Notes: generated from the letters alone by a model not told the origin. A stretch of 64,000 bases of DNA from Candidatus Woesearchaeota archaeon (GCA_030670545.1 DAOVBM010000002.1:4258-68257), one strand, 5' to 3'. Positions 28,943 through 39,514 are shown, numbered from the stretch's first letter. Translations and numbers: made by a program.

Positions 28943-29980
28943 ATGCACAAAGATAATATAACTAATTCAGTAAGCAAGAAAAGAGCTATGCTGATATTTG
29001 TGTTAATCCTGGTAATATCACTTTGTTTTATCGAATATGCAAATTCCCACCCTGCTAACATTGCAGATAATCCATTACCTGAACAATGCCCCAATCCAGC
29101 AATATACTTTTGTCCAAGAGACAACTGCAGCCAGAATCTCGCATTAACTATAACCTCAGCAAACAATTCAGTGCACTGCGCATTCTTTGACATTGATTCA
29201 TCAGATGTTATTAATGCTCTGGCAAGGAAATCAATATATGCTGATGTAAAACTGGTTATTGATAATAATAATCAAGACAACAGGATAAAAGGTAATGTTA
29301 AGTACGACACTTCCAGACAATTGACACATAACAAATTCTGTGTAATTGACAGCATGATTGTATGGACAGGCTCATTCAATCCAACAGAAAGAGGCAGCAA
29401 CAAGAACAATAATAATGCAGTCCTTATTTATTCAAAACAGCTTGCAGCAAACTATGAAAAAGAGTTTGAAGAGTTGTGGATGGGTAGATTTGGGTCAGGC
29501 GAAAAAACAGAAATAACAAAAGTAAGAATAAACAATATAACGATATACAGCTATTTCTGCCCTGAAGACAGCTGTGCAGAAAAAGTTATTGAAGAGATAA
29601 GAGGCGCAAGAAAAAGCGTATATTTTATGACTTTTTCTTTTACGCATGAAGCTATTGCTGATTCTCTTCTTTTTCTTAATAAAAATATTGACATAAAAGG
29701 AATTTTTGAAAAGTCACAGGGGGGCAGCAAGTACTCACAATTTAAAAGGCTGGATGAATTTGGAATAGATGTAAAAAAAGATTCAAACCCATACAATATG
29801 CATCACAAGGTGTTTATCATTGACAACAATACTGTGATAACTGGCAGCTTTAATCCCACAAAGAATGGAGATGAGAGGAATGACGAGAATCTTCTGATAA
29901 TTAAAGATAAAGATATTGCAGAACAATATGTTGATGAGTTCTTTTATATCTGGAGTTTGACAGAATCAAATAGAAGTTAA
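28943..29980 (+). CDS. Secreted phospholipase D-like / HKD-motif (Nuc-type) nuclease or phosphodiesterase
   Basis: Two HxK(x4)D motifs: HNKFCVIDSMIVWTGSFNPT and HHKVFIIDNNTVITGSFNPT. Signal anchor. Confidence 0.7.
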   Translation: MHKDNITNSVSKKRAMLIFVLILVISLCFIEYANSHPANIADNPLPEQCPNPAIYFCPRDNCSQNLALTITSANNSVHCAFFDIDSSDVINALARKSIYADVKLVIDNNNQDNRIKGNVKYDTSRQLTHNKFCVIDSMIVWTGSFNPTERGSNKNNNNAVLIYSKQLAANYEKEFEELWMGRFGSGEKTEITKVRINNITIYSYFCPEDSCAEKVIEEIRGARKSVYFMTFSFTHEAIADSLLFLNKNIDIKGIFEKSQGGSKYSQFKRLDEFGIDVKKDSNPYNMHHKVFIIDNNTVITGSFNPTKNGDERNDENLLIIKDKDIAEQYVDEFFYIWSLTESNRS

Positions 29981-30033
29981 TATTTCTTTGGTCTTATCTC
30001 TTGTGTCTTTTTGCAATCTTCTATAGTTTGTAT

Positions 30034-30200
30034 GTAATAAGTCTTATATCATAGAGCAGTAGCATCTTCAAAACTTAAGATGTGATTTTGGAAGGCTCTG
30101 CTCCCCCGTAAGGGACAACCCCCTGCGACGAGCAGGATGTAAAAATAGAAGGAGTTTTGACCTGATGATGCTACTGCTCTAAGAATCGGAGACTTATTAC
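30034..30200 (+). repeat. Family-1 hairpin element, copy C (variant termini GTAATAAGTCT...AGACTTATTAC)
   Basis: Same core CTCTGCTCCCCCGTAAGGGACAACCCCC; terminal inverted repeats. Confidence 0.7.
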
Positions 30201-30203
30201 AAA

Positions 30204-30590
30204 CTATCGCTTATCTTCTTTCTCTTCTTCACTGGCTTCACGCCTGAGATAATATTCAATAAGCACTGCTTTTACTACAAGGAAAAACGAGAGGAATATG
30301 GCTGCTATCCTGAACGCATTCCTGGGATCTGCGCTTTTTCCAAATATGGACCCTATAAGGAATATAAAAAGCAAAAGGAGCATGAGATGTGTCTGCGCAT
30401 CTTTTGCGAAAACAGAAAAATTTTTTCTTACAATTGACTCAAAAAGATGGCTGTAGAAATAAAACAATATGAACGCTATTGCTACAATAGCCATGACACC
30501 GACCATGTCGCTGAGATAATACCTAAAGAGAAATGAGATAAGTATTATAAGCCCTGCAATGCTAAGCATATTGCTTGATACCTTGAACAT
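30204..30590 (-). CDS. Small integral membrane protein, unknown function
   Basis: Four hydrophobic segments; acidic C-terminal tail. Confidence 0.4.
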   Translation of the reverse strand: MFKVSSNMLSIAGLIILISFLFRYYLSDMVGVMAIVAIAFILFYFYSHLFESIVRKNFSVFAKDAQTHLMLLLLFIFLIGSIFGKSADPRNAFRIAAIFLSFFLVVKAVLIEYYLRREASEEEKEDKR

Positions 30591-30652
30591 GTTCCACCTC
30601 TTTTTATACCTTCTGGATTAGGTTATTAATAAATTTTGCCTTTTATTGATAG

Positions 30653-31114
30653 CTAAATATCTTCTTTTATCGGGATTGTAACTATTGTTGTCAATGTCTT
30701 TAGTATATCTTTGTTCTTCCTAAGATTTATTATATAATCATTGAATTCATTTATGCCTGAAAATTTCAGCTTGAGCAGAAGGTCATATTCTCCTGTTACC
30801 CCAAATGCCTCTTTGACATGATTATTTTTGAAAAGAGATGACTGTAGATCAGTAGCAGTATTCACAAACATGAAAACTATGAAATCTTCTCCGACAGCAG
30901 CATTATCCAGCTTGATAGTGAATTTCTTTATGGTTCCCTTATTCCTCAGTTCCTTCATTCTCTTGTGCACTGTAGAAGGTCTGATGCCAGTTGATTTAGC
31001 TATATCTCTTATTGGCATGCGGGAGTTTTCTTTGAGAATTTCTATTATCTTTTTGTCTTTTGCGTCTATTTTTGCGCAGGTATTTCCAGCAACTGCAGAT
31101 AGCTTTTTTGTCAT
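30653..31114 (-). CDS. Lrp/AsnC family transcriptional regulator
   Basis: HTH DKKIIEILKENSRMPIRDIAKSTGIRPSTVHKRMKEL followed by a RAM domain. Confidence 0.8.
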   Translation of the reverse strand: MTKKLSAVAGNTCAKIDAKDKKIIEILKENSRMPIRDIAKSTGIRPSTVHKRMKELRNKGTIKKFTIKLDNAAVGEDFIVFMFVNTATDLQSSLFKNNHVKEAFGVTGEYDLLLKLKFSGINEFNDYIINLRKNKDILKTLTTIVTIPIKEDI

Positions 31115-31236
31115 CTGCAGTTATAATTTCTCATATATTTATAAATATTTCTAATTTTGTGCAATTAAATCATAAAAAATGGGACAAATGGTATTATAAC
31201 ATTCTTAATCTATATAAATCATCTAACAATCCGTAT

Positions 31237-31627
31237 GTAATAAGTCTTATATAAAAGAGCAATAGCATCTTCAAATCTTGATGAGCGTAGCTCATTAAGA
31301 ACTTAGAGAGCTTTGCTCTCCAAGTACTTAAGATATGATTTTGGAAGGCTCTGCTCCCCCGCAACTGGTTACGCTCAGTTAATGCTGAGTAATCAGAGAT
31401 TACTGGCAACTTCGGCGGAGCTGAAGTCACGCAAGGTGGAGCATGAAGCTCCACTACGCGGCAATTAAGTCTTATTGAAAGCCGCGAAGTGTGACCTTGT
31501 GGTCACACCACCTTTTATCAAATTTTGCTAAAATTTGAGGGACAATCCCCTGCGACGAGCAGGATGTAAAAATAGAAGGAGTTTTGACCTGATGATGCTA
31601 CTGCTCTAAGAATCGGAGACTTATTAC
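31237..31627 (+). repeat. Family-1 hairpin element, copy D (two nested insertions, ~390 bp)
   Basis: Same termini as copy C. Carries the same inserted module as copy A plus an extra ~55-bp segment. The hairpins GTGGAGCatgaaGCTCCAC and GTGTGACCttgtGGTCACAC lie inside it. Confidence 0.7.
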
Positions 31628-31669
31628 ATACAACAATCCATTTTAAAATCAAACTAAACAGGTGGTATC

Positions 31670-32932
31670 ATGGACAAAGGAGACAATTATGAAGTAAAGG
31701 ACATAAGCCTTGCAGAGCAGGGAAAGATGAATCTTGAGATAGCAGAAAGCCATATGGGAGCTTTGCTTAAGATCAAAGAGAGATTTGAAAAAGAAAAGCC
31801 TTTTGAAGGTGTAAAGATTGGCTTGGCTCTTCACATCACAAAAGAGACTGGAATTCTTGTAAGGACATTGATTGCAGGAGGCGCGGAAGTCGCAATTACA
31901 GGCTGCAATCCGCTGTCAACACAGGATGATATTGCAGCAGCTCTTGCTGAAGAAGGTGTCAATGTATGGGGATACAAGGGAGAAAACAATGAGGATTATT
32001 ACAGGTACATCAATAATGTGATTGCATGCAGGCCGCATATCACAATAGATGACGGCTGTGACCTGGCCAGTGAGATTCATAAGAATCATAAAGACCTTAT
32101 CCCTGGGCTGATTGGAGGATGCGAAGAGACAACAACAGGCATCATCAGATTAAAAGCAATGGAAAAGGACAATGCGCTGAAATATCCGATAATAGCAGTC
32201 AATGACAACAAGACCAAGCATCTTGTCGACAATTATTTTGGAACAGGACAGAGCACTGTAGACGGCATAATCAGAGCATCCAATGTTCTGTTTGCAGGCA
32301 AGAATATTGTCGTTGCAGGATATGGTGACTGCGGCAAAGGATTTGCAATGAGGTGTAAGGGATTAGGGGGAAATGTCATTGTGACAGAAGTAGATAATTT
32401 CTGTGCATTGCAGGCAGCATATGACGGCTTCAGGGTTATGAAAATGGACGATGCAGCTCTTATTGGAGACATATTCTGCACATTGACAGGCAACAAGCAT
32501 GTCCTTAGGGTTGAGCATGTCAAAAAGATGAAAGATGGAACAATACTTGCAAATTCAGGCCATTTTGATATAGAGATTGATGTGAAAGGCATGAAAGATG
32601 CAGCATCATCTGTAAGAAGGGTAAGGCCTTTTCTTGATGAATATGCAATTGATGGGAAAAAGATATTTCTCTGTGGAGAGGGCAGACTGGTGAACTTATC
32701 AGCAGCAGAAGGACACCCCAGTGAAGTAATGTCAACATCATTCTGCGGTCAGGCAATGGCATGCGAATTCCTTGTAAGAAATAAAGGAAAATTAGAAAAC
32801 AAAGTGATCCAGCTTCCTAATGAGATTGATGACGAAATCGCAGCTTTACAGCTGAAAGCGATGGGAATTGGCATTGATGAACTGACAGCAGAGCAGGTTG
32901 AATATCTTAACAATTGGGAAGAAGGGACTTAA
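31670..32932 (+). CDS. ahcY: S-adenosyl-L-homocysteine hydrolase
   Basis: Highly conserved AdoHcyase sequence, NAD-binding GYGDCGKG. Confidence 0.9.
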   Translation: MDKGDNYEVKDISLAEQGKMNLEIAESHMGALLKIKERFEKEKPFEGVKIGLALHITKETGILVRTLIAGGAEVAITGCNPLSTQDDIAAALAEEGVNVWGYKGENNEDYYRYINNVIACRPHITIDDGCDLASEIHKNHKDLIPGLIGGCEETTTGIIRLKAMEKDNALKYPIIAVNDNKTKHLVDNYFGTGQSTVDGIIRASNVLFAGKNIVVAGYGDCGKGFAMRCKGLGGNVIVTEVDNFCALQAAYDGFRVMKMDDAALIGDIFCTLTGNKHVLRVEHVKKMKDGTILANSGHFDIEIDVKGMKDAASSVRRVRPFLDEYAIDGKKIFLCGEGRLVNLSAAEGHPSEVMSTSFCGQAMACEFLVRNKGKLENKVIQLPNEIDDEIAALQLKAMGIGIDELTAEQVEYLNNWEEGT

Positions 32933-33007
32933 AGTTTTGATTTTAACTTTTTATTATTTTTTTTGTATTCAGTTTAGAAAATAATATAATATCTATTAGA
33001 TACTATC

Positions 33008-33172
33008 ATTATCGAAAATTTCGCAAGAAATTTTATTGGGGTTTAATACCCCTCACTTCAGTGCGAAATTTTGGATTCCAAAAATTTGATAATCTATAAT
33101 GCAAATCCGTAATACCCCCATTTATGGTGGGGATAGGATTTGCTATCAATAAATTGTCAAATTTTTGTTATA
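33008..33172 (+). repeat. Family-2 structured repeat, copy 1
   Basis: ~90% identical to 49521-49688. Contains the palindrome CGAAAATTTCG and the hairpins GGGGTTTAATACCCC and CCCCATTTATGGTGGGG. Confidence 0.65.
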
Positions 33173-33185
33173 ATTAAATTTAGAA

Positions 33186-33851
33186 TTATACTACAGATTC
33201 AAAAGTTAATTCAATTTCTTTAGATTCTTTCTTAAGTATTTCAATAGCATCTTTTAATTTATCTTTAATAACCTTGCAGTCTTTGTTAGTTCTCTTTTTT
33301 AAAGCTTCTATGTTTTCACGATTAAAGGATTTTATTCCAATTTCAAGAAAATCATTCAGTTTGTCATTAAAATTTTCTACAGTCTTGAGTACTCTCTTCA
33401 TATTTTCAATTAAACCATGAATTACATATACTTCCTCTGCCTCTTCCTCTTTAAACTTTTTCTTAATATTATCTGGAGTTGCAGTTTTAATATCTACTAT
33501 AATTTTAGCAAATTCCTTTTTATTAGCTTTGGAAATATTATCTATGAAAGCAATCAAGTAATTAATCTCTGAAGCCATCTTAACTTTTGATAGCTCTTTT
33601 GATTTATTAATTAAATCTTTATTATAACCTAGCGGCTCAAGATCCAATAAATGATAAAAAGTTTCAAATCTTCCATACATTTCTTTTAATACTTCTTCTG
33701 ACTCAAAAAGCAAATCTCCAACTTTATCTATTCTACGCTTTGATATATTTTTTAATCTCTTAACAAATTTCTTTTTCTTTGATTCACTCAACCAGGCATC
33801 CAATGCCTCATGATCTCCGCTTAGACCTTTAATTAATTTTATTAGATTCAT
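33186..33851 (-). CDS. Hypothetical alpha-helical protein
   Basis: 221-aa ORF, no recognisable motifs. Confidence 0.4.
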   Translation of the reverse strand: MNLIKLIKGLSGDHEALDAWLSESKKKKFVKRLKNISKRRIDKVGDLLFESEEVLKEMYGRFETFYHLLDLEPLGYNKDLINKSKELSKVKMASEINYLIAFIDNISKANKKEFAKIIVDIKTATPDNIKKKFKEEEAEEVYVIHGLIENMKRVLKTVENFNDKLNDFLEIGIKSFNRENIEALKKRTNKDCKVIKDKLKDAIEILKKESKEIELTFESVV

Positions 33852-33899
33852 CTTTAAAATATAAATAATAGGAGATATATATAAAATGTTCTATAAGGG

Positions 33900-34072
33900 G
33901 TAAGTAAAAAGTAAGATGTCCTGAAGCACAAGCATCTTCAAAATTTAGGATAGGTTATTAGAAGGCTCTGCGTCCCCATAAGGGACAACCCCCCGCGACG
34001 AGCAGGATAAGGAAAAGGATTAAGTTTTGACTGATGATGCTGGTGCTCCTTTAATAGCAGACTTTTTACTTT
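33900..34072 (+). repeat. Family-1 hairpin element, copy E
   Basis: GTAAGTAAAAAGTAAGATG...CAGACTTTTTACTTTC termini; same core. Confidence 0.7.
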
Positions 34073-34105
34073 CTATAATGGCCAATAGTCCTGTGCTATC
34101 ATGTT

Positions 34106-37100
34106 TCATATCTTCAGGCTAACAACATTGCTGATGCCATGCTCATCCATACTTACTCCATATAGATTGTCTGCTTCAGATATTATGCCGTCATTGTGAG
34201 AGATAATCACATACTGCGACCTGTCTGAATATTTCCTTATGAGTTTTGCAAGCTTTTCAGAATTCTTTTTGTCAAGAGCAGCATCAACTTCATCAAGGAC
34301 ATAGAATGTAGCAGGGTCATGCTCTTGTATCGCGAAGATGAATGCAAGCGCAGTCATTGTCTTCTCACCCCCGCTTAATCCTCTTATATCCATGAACTTG
34401 TTTCCAGACAGCCTTACTTTGATATTAAGCCCGCCCTCGAAAGGACTCTCTGGCGTTTCGAGATCAAGGGATGCCTCGCCTTTTGTGGATAGATTCATGA
34501 ATATCTCTTTGAAATTGGCATTTACTACATCATAAGTATTCATGAAGAGCTCGCGTTTCTTGCCTTCTATCTCTTTCATCATCTCAAGGACATCATCTTT
34601 CTCCACCTTAAGAGTGTCTTTCTTCTGCAGCAGCTTGCTGTACTCTTCTTCAACGCTTTCATATATCTCAAGTGATTTGAGGTTTACTGAACCTATGTTC
34701 TCAACCATCCTTTCGAACTTGCTGATCTCTGACTTGAGCTGCTCTTCAGGCTTATCTGTAAACAGTTTTATGCTGTGATACTGCTCAAAATCTTTCTCAA
34801 GACCTGAAAGCTCTGCCTTGATGCCTGCAAGCTGAAGCGATATTACATTTGATTTCTGCTCTGTCTCCCTGCTTTTTGACAACAGGTCGTCAACTTCAAT
34901 CTCATTATGGGATATCTCTTCCTGAATTTTTGAACGTTTGCTGAACAGTGATTTGAACTGTGAATAAAACTCTGATACTTTCTCTTCTTTTACTTTGAGT
35001 TCCCTGCTGTCTTTTGATATTTTCTCATCAAGCTCTTTTGTCTCAATCCTGAAATCCTCCTCTTCTTTAACCAGCTGCCTGATTATCTTTGAGCTGCTTT
35101 CCAGCTCAGGCGTGAATATATTATCTGCCTGCATTTTCATGTTCTCTGATTCAGATCTGAGTTTGATAAGCTGCTCATTAAGCTCTGCTTTTTTCTGCTC
35201 AAATGTGTTAAGTTCCGCAAGCTTCAGTGGATTTCTCAATTCGTTTGATTTTGAACGGAGTTCCTGTTTCTTTATCTTGCAGTTTGCCAGTCCCCTGTTA
35301 TGCGCAGAGAGAGTATTCTGGATATGGTTTATCTTTGCTTCGATTTGCTCAAGCTGTTTTGAAAGTTCATCCTTTTTCTGGCTGGACAGATCCATGTCGC
35401 CTGAATCAAGATGCAGGCTTTTCTCTGTCTTTATTATGTCTCCTTCGAGATTTGCTTTCTCCTCACGCAGCTTTGTTATTTTTGCTTCATTCTCTTCTCT
35501 CCTTTTTTCAAGCGCAGAAATTGTATTCTGGAGCTCTGCAATCATCTCCTCAGTCTTATCAATATCCTTTGTAAGCTCTTTCTCCTTGAAACCATACCCT
35601 GACCTTGAAGCTTTCCTGTAGCCTCCATGCATCACACCGCTGATTTCAGCCATGTCACCGTCAAGAGTTACCATCTTAGCTTTTCCTATACCCAGCCTTC
35701 TTGCAACATCAATATTGTCAACCACAAGCGTGTTTGCGAATATATACTTGAACACTTTATTTAGCCTTGGCTCAAACTCCACAAGGTCAATTGCAAGCCC
35801 TTCAACTCCATTTGATTTCAGCATATCTTTTATCTTTGGATCAGTATCCCTTGCTTTCAGCTTGTTTATAGGCAGGAATGTGGCTGTGCCTAACCTGTTT
35901 GATTTCAGGTATTTTATGCAGTCTGATGCTGCCTTATCATTGTCTACTACAATGCTTCTCATCCTTGGTCCTGCAGCAGTTTCAAGAGCCAGTGCATATT
36001 TTGAGCTAACATTTCCTAAATCAGAAACAGTGCCAAGAACTCCTTTGAATCTTTCCTTGTTCTCTACAATCTTTTTGACAGCAATATCCCTGGATATCTT
36101 CTCTTTTATTCCTGCTGTCCTCACTTTCAGTTTTGCAAGATTCTCGTTTGCTATAAGGAGTGTCTTCCTCGATTGCCCTAATCTTGCAGAATGTGTAGAA
36201 TCCTCATCAAGGCATTTATTGAGGTCAAGAGTTGCTGACTTGAACCTGCTTTTCATCTGCTTTAGATTATCTATTTGTACTTTATTCTCTTTTTCGACCT
36301 CAAGGACTTTGCTGATCTTCTCATCTATTGTCTGTATCTGATAAGATATCTTGTCCTGCTCCCTTATAAGGTCCTGCTGATTTTCCCTCAATACCTGTAT
36401 ATCTTTTTGCTTGTCTTCAGCAAACTTGTCAAGCTTATCAATCTCATCTTCTATATCTCCTGCATCATCCATGTTATGTTTCTTTTTGAACCTGCTAATC
36501 TTTTCTTCAATTATTGATTTCTCCTTATTTAATGATAATATGGATCTCTCATTTTCTGTAATTGTTAACTTTAGGTCTTTTATGCTGTTTTCTGTCTTCT
36601 CTATGTTTATTTTCAGGTCTTCTTTCCTGTTTTTTATCTTCTTCAACTCAGATTCAAGTGATTCTATCCTGCTCTTGTTCTTTGCAATATCTATTTTTAG
36701 GTTCTCTACCTCTTTGTTAATCCTGACCTGCTCAGTCTCTCCTTTTGTCTCTACTTCCTTTGATATCTTTTCAATCTCTTCCTTTAGTTCACTGTTTTTT
36801 TGCTTTATAGCAGTTATCTTCTTGTTTTTAGATTCAGTCTTTGAATTAAGATTATCAACCTGTGACTGGAGTTTGCTTTTCTGTCCACTCTTCTGGTCAA
36901 TCTGTATCTTAAGATATGATGCCTTGTTCTGCTTTATCTTGTCAGCCATCTCCTTGTATCTAAGCGCCTGGTCACGCTCTTTCTTAAGCTCCCTGAGATA
37001 TGCCTTTCTCTCAGTAAGTATGATGTCTGCTTCATTCAGCTTTCCATCGACTTTATCAAGCTCGCGCAGTGCGCTTTGCTTCTTTTCTTCATACAAAGAT

Positions 37101-37603
37101 ATGCCTGCTATCTCTTCTATGATCTCCCGTCTCTGTACAGGATGCATCTCAACAAACCTTACTATGTCTCCCTGGAGAATTATGTTATAGCCGTTAGGGT
37201 CTATCTTTGCAAGCGATAGAAGTTCAAGCATCTCATGCCTTGTCCTTCTCTTGTCATTTATCTTATAGACACTTTGGCCGTTGCTTTTTATTATCCTTGT
37301 TATCTTGACCTGGGACATGTCTGTTGGAAATATTTTTTTTGAATTGTCAAAGAAGATAGAAACTTCGCCTTGTTTTGCAGACTTTTTTGATTTGCCTCCA
37401 TTATATACCAAATTTGCGCTTTTTTCAGCTCTCAGCGCCCTGGAAGATGATTTTCCTAATACAAAGCATATGCTGTCAAGAATATTCGATTTCCCGCTGC
37501 CGTTCGGGCCCAGAACGCAGTTGAACTTTTCCCCAAAAAGAAGCTCTGTCCTGTTTGCGAATGATTTAAAGCCCTTGACTAATATTTTATTGATTTTTGT
37601 CAA
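34106..37603 (-). CDS. smc: Chromosome segregation protein SMC
   Basis: N-terminal Walker A GPNGSGKSN, long coiled coils, hinge, C-terminal LSGGEKTMTALAFIFAIQ signature and Walker B. Confidence 0.9.
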   Translation of the reverse strand: MTKINKILVKGFKSFANRTELLFGEKFNCVLGPNGSGKSNILDSICFVLGKSSSRALRAEKSANLVYNGGKSKKSAKQGEVSIFFDNSKKIFPTDMSQVKITRIIKSNGQSVYKINDKRRTRHEMLELLSLAKIDPNGYNIILQGDIVRFVEMHPVQRREIIEEIAGISLYEEKKQSALRELDKVDGKLNEADIILTERKAYLRELKKERDQALRYKEMADKIKQNKASYLKIQIDQKSGQKSKLQSQVDNLNSKTESKNKKITAIKQKNSELKEEIEKISKEVETKGETEQVRINKEVENLKIDIAKNKSRIESLESELKKIKNRKEDLKINIEKTENSIKDLKLTITENERSILSLNKEKSIIEEKISRFKKKHNMDDAGDIEDEIDKLDKFAEDKQKDIQVLRENQQDLIREQDKISYQIQTIDEKISKVLEVEKENKVQIDNLKQMKSRFKSATLDLNKCLDEDSTHSARLGQSRKTLLIANENLAKLKVRTAGIKEKISRDIAVKKIVENKERFKGVLGTVSDLGNVSSKYALALETAAGPRMRSIVVDNDKAASDCIKYLKSNRLGTATFLPINKLKARDTDPKIKDMLKSNGVEGLAIDLVEFEPRLNKVFKYIFANTLVVDNIDVARRLGIGKAKMVTLDGDMAEISGVMHGGYRKASRSGYGFKEKELTKDIDKTEEMIAELQNTISALEKRREENEAKITKLREEKANLEGDIIKTEKSLHLDSGDMDLSSQKKDELSKQLEQIEAKINHIQNTLSAHNRGLANCKIKKQELRSKSNELRNPLKLAELNTFEQKKAELNEQLIKLRSESENMKMQADNIFTPELESSSKIIRQLVKEEEDFRIETKELDEKISKDSRELKVKEEKVSEFYSQFKSLFSKRSKIQEEISHNEIEVDDLLSKSRETEQKSNVISLQLAGIKAELSGLEKDFEQYHSIKLFTDKPEEQLKSEISKFERMVENIGSVNLKSLEIYESVEEEYSKLLQKKDTLKVEKDDVLEMMKEIEGKKRELFMNTYDVVNANFKEIFMNLSTKGEASLDLETPESPFEGGLNIKVRLSGNKFMDIRGLSGGEKTMTALAFIFAIQEHDPATFYVLDEVDAALDKKNSEKLAKLIRKYSDRSQYVIISHNDGIISEADNLYGVSMDEHGISNVVSLKI

Positions 37604-37675
37604 TGTCTATCCCTTTATATGGTTATGAAATCAGATATATTTTTAGTTTATAAAACTTACTCTGCAAATCTTTGT

Positions 37676-38338
37676 TTAAAAACCTAATAAGTCTTTCTGT
37701 TTTTTCTTTCCTGCAACCCTCTTATATGATATCCATGTCTTCCTGAATATACTTTCCTTGTCATATTTATCATAATTCTCTGCAAGGAATTTTACTGTCC
37801 TTGGATCAGAGGGGTATCCTGAGCCAAAATCTTTCCTAATCTTGTCTTTTATTTTTTTAATTTCCCTGTCTCTTGTGACCTTGGCAATTATTGATGCTGC
37901 TGATACAACAGGATAATTTACATCAGCCTTATGTTCTGATATTATTTTTATGCTTTTATCTTTTAAATTCTTCCTCACATAATCTGAATAGGCTTGGAGA
38001 TTTGGGCTTGGACAGTCTAATATTGCTGTCTCAGGCTTAAGTTTGTTTATTATATTTGCAGATGTCACAGCCTCAAGCCAGTTAAGATTCATGGTTGGAT
38101 GCATTAGTGTATCATCAATATCTTTTGGAGAAAGAATTACTATGTCAATATCTTTCGCCATCTTCTTTATCCTGTCAAATAATGCCTCCCTTCTCTCAGG
38201 CGTAAGCAGCTTTGAGTCTTTTACTCCAATCTCTCTAAATCTTTCTTCGTCTTTATCTTCTATTGTTACTCCTGCCATCACCATAGGCCCAATTACAGGT
38301 CCTCTTCCAGCTTCCTCAATACCGCATACTATTACCAT
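37676..38338 (-). CDS. rnhB: Ribonuclease HII
   Basis: GIEEAGRGPVIGPMV...DSK motif of RNase HII. Confidence 0.85.
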   Translation of the reverse strand: MVIVCGIEEAGRGPVIGPMVMAGVTIEDKDEERFREIGVKDSKLLTPERREALFDRIKKMAKDIDIVILSPKDIDDTLMHPTMNLNWLEAVTSANIINKLKPETAILDCPSPNLQAYSDYVRKNLKDKSIKIISEHKADVNYPVVSAASIIAKVTRDREIKKIKDKIRKDFGSGYPSDPRTVKFLAENYDKYDKESIFRKTWISYKRVAGKKKQKDLLGF

Positions 38339-38717
38339 TTTGATATGATTAATGAAATAGAGGATATTAATAAATGTTTTTAAAATGCGCTTTAAATGTT
38401 ATTATTCTGCTGGAAGGGATTGTACTTATTTAGTTGGAGGATGGCGAAATATTTCGGAAGATTCGTTTGGAGTGATGTTATATCCTTTAAATGGACTCTG
38501 AGTATATCCTGTGGATGAGCCATGGTGTTATAAATCATGGATTTTATAAGTTTAGTGAGAGATTTGAAGGTTTGATTTCTTCTGGAAATATCATCGAGAT
38601 TTCTAAAAGGATTGTGTTTTCACGGAACTAAATGTCAAATCCATATTTGAGGAAGTTTTATATAGGAGTTGTGGTTTAAAACAAATCATCATTATTTATT
38701 ATTTAAAATAAGAGAGT

Positions 38718-39488
38718 GTGTGGATGAAAAAGATAATAATTATATTTGCTTTATGTATTGTTTTAGCAGTAGGCAATGTGATAGCTTTGTCTGTGTGGAA
38801 TACAGAGGAGAAATTAGTCACAGGAAGTGTTCTGAATAGAGTCCAGATAAATATAGATAATACAGGAACATGCGAAGCAAAAAGATATGTCTATTTTGGT
38901 TATGATTTTCCTATTTCAGGAATAGATTCTGGCCTATGCAGTGAATGCGATGGTTCTGGCAGCATGACTTCTGCTTCAGATGATTCTGGCTGCGGAATAA
39001 TAGACTGCGACGGTATGAATTATTATTTCACAGAAGGCAGTGCTTCTGCAATAGGAACAAATTATTGTAAACAAAAAGATTATGCTGACATAACTTCAAA
39101 CAGATGCGAAGGATTAAATGACTGCAAAGATGCAAACACAGCAGACTGCACATCTTATTCAGATTTAACTGCTGCTACATGCGGAACATGCAAATATGCA
39201 ACAGGCGCTTGTTCAAGCTGCACAAATTACGGTTCTGGAACCTCCTGTAGTTCAGGAATGGCATGCGATGGCAGTGGGAATTGCGTTGCAACAGGAGGAA
39301 CTTGGGTTTATACAGGGGCTTATCTTATTGGTGATTCAGGCCCACCTGGTTGTCCAGTTGGAACAACAGTAGGAGGGGTTTGTCCTACTCTTGGTGAAAA
39401 ATGTAATATAGGAGTAGTTGGTATGGGTCCTCCTACTATGGGTTTTCCTACTGGAACCCCAATCATTGGTATTGTAACATGTCAATAA
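38718..39488 (+). CDS. Cys-rich secreted protein (second copy of the small-partner family)
   Basis: Signal peptide, >25 Cys, immediately upstream of a PEF-CTERM protein. Confidence 0.55.
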   Translation: MWMKKIIIIFALCIVLAVGNVIALSVWNTEEKLVTGSVLNRVQINIDNTGTCEAKRYVYFGYDFPISGIDSGLCSECDGSGSMTSASDDSGCGIIDCDGMNYYFTEGSASAIGTNYCKQKDYADITSNRCEGLNDCKDANTADCTSYSDLTAATCGTCKYATGACSSCTNYGSGTSCSSGMACDGSGNCVATGGTWVYTGAYLIGDSGPPGCPVGTTVGGVCPTLGEKCNIGVVGMGPPTMGFPTGTPIIGIVTCQ

Positions 39489-39514
39489 AGTTTAAGCAAA
39501 TAACTACTTAAAAA

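Noticed and set aside
28834-29193. 119-aa minus-strand ORF upstream of and overlapping the PLD-like gene
   Set aside because: It overlaps the PLD gene start and signal-peptide region and has no motifs. The plus-strand gene, with its two HKD motifs, explains the region.
30204-30590. Possible archaeosortase (ArtC) candidate for the PEF-CTERM proteins
   Set aside because: At 128 aa with 4 TM segments it is far shorter than archaeosortases (~270-300 aa, 7-8 TM). No conserved Cys/Arg catalytic pattern is recognisable.
34338-37628. Many plus-strand ORFs (e.g. 34995-35621, 35652-36341, 36411-37190) within the smc locus
   Set aside because: They are Ser/Phe/Leu-rich antisense products of the coiled-coil coding region of a clearly conserved SMC gene on the minus strand.
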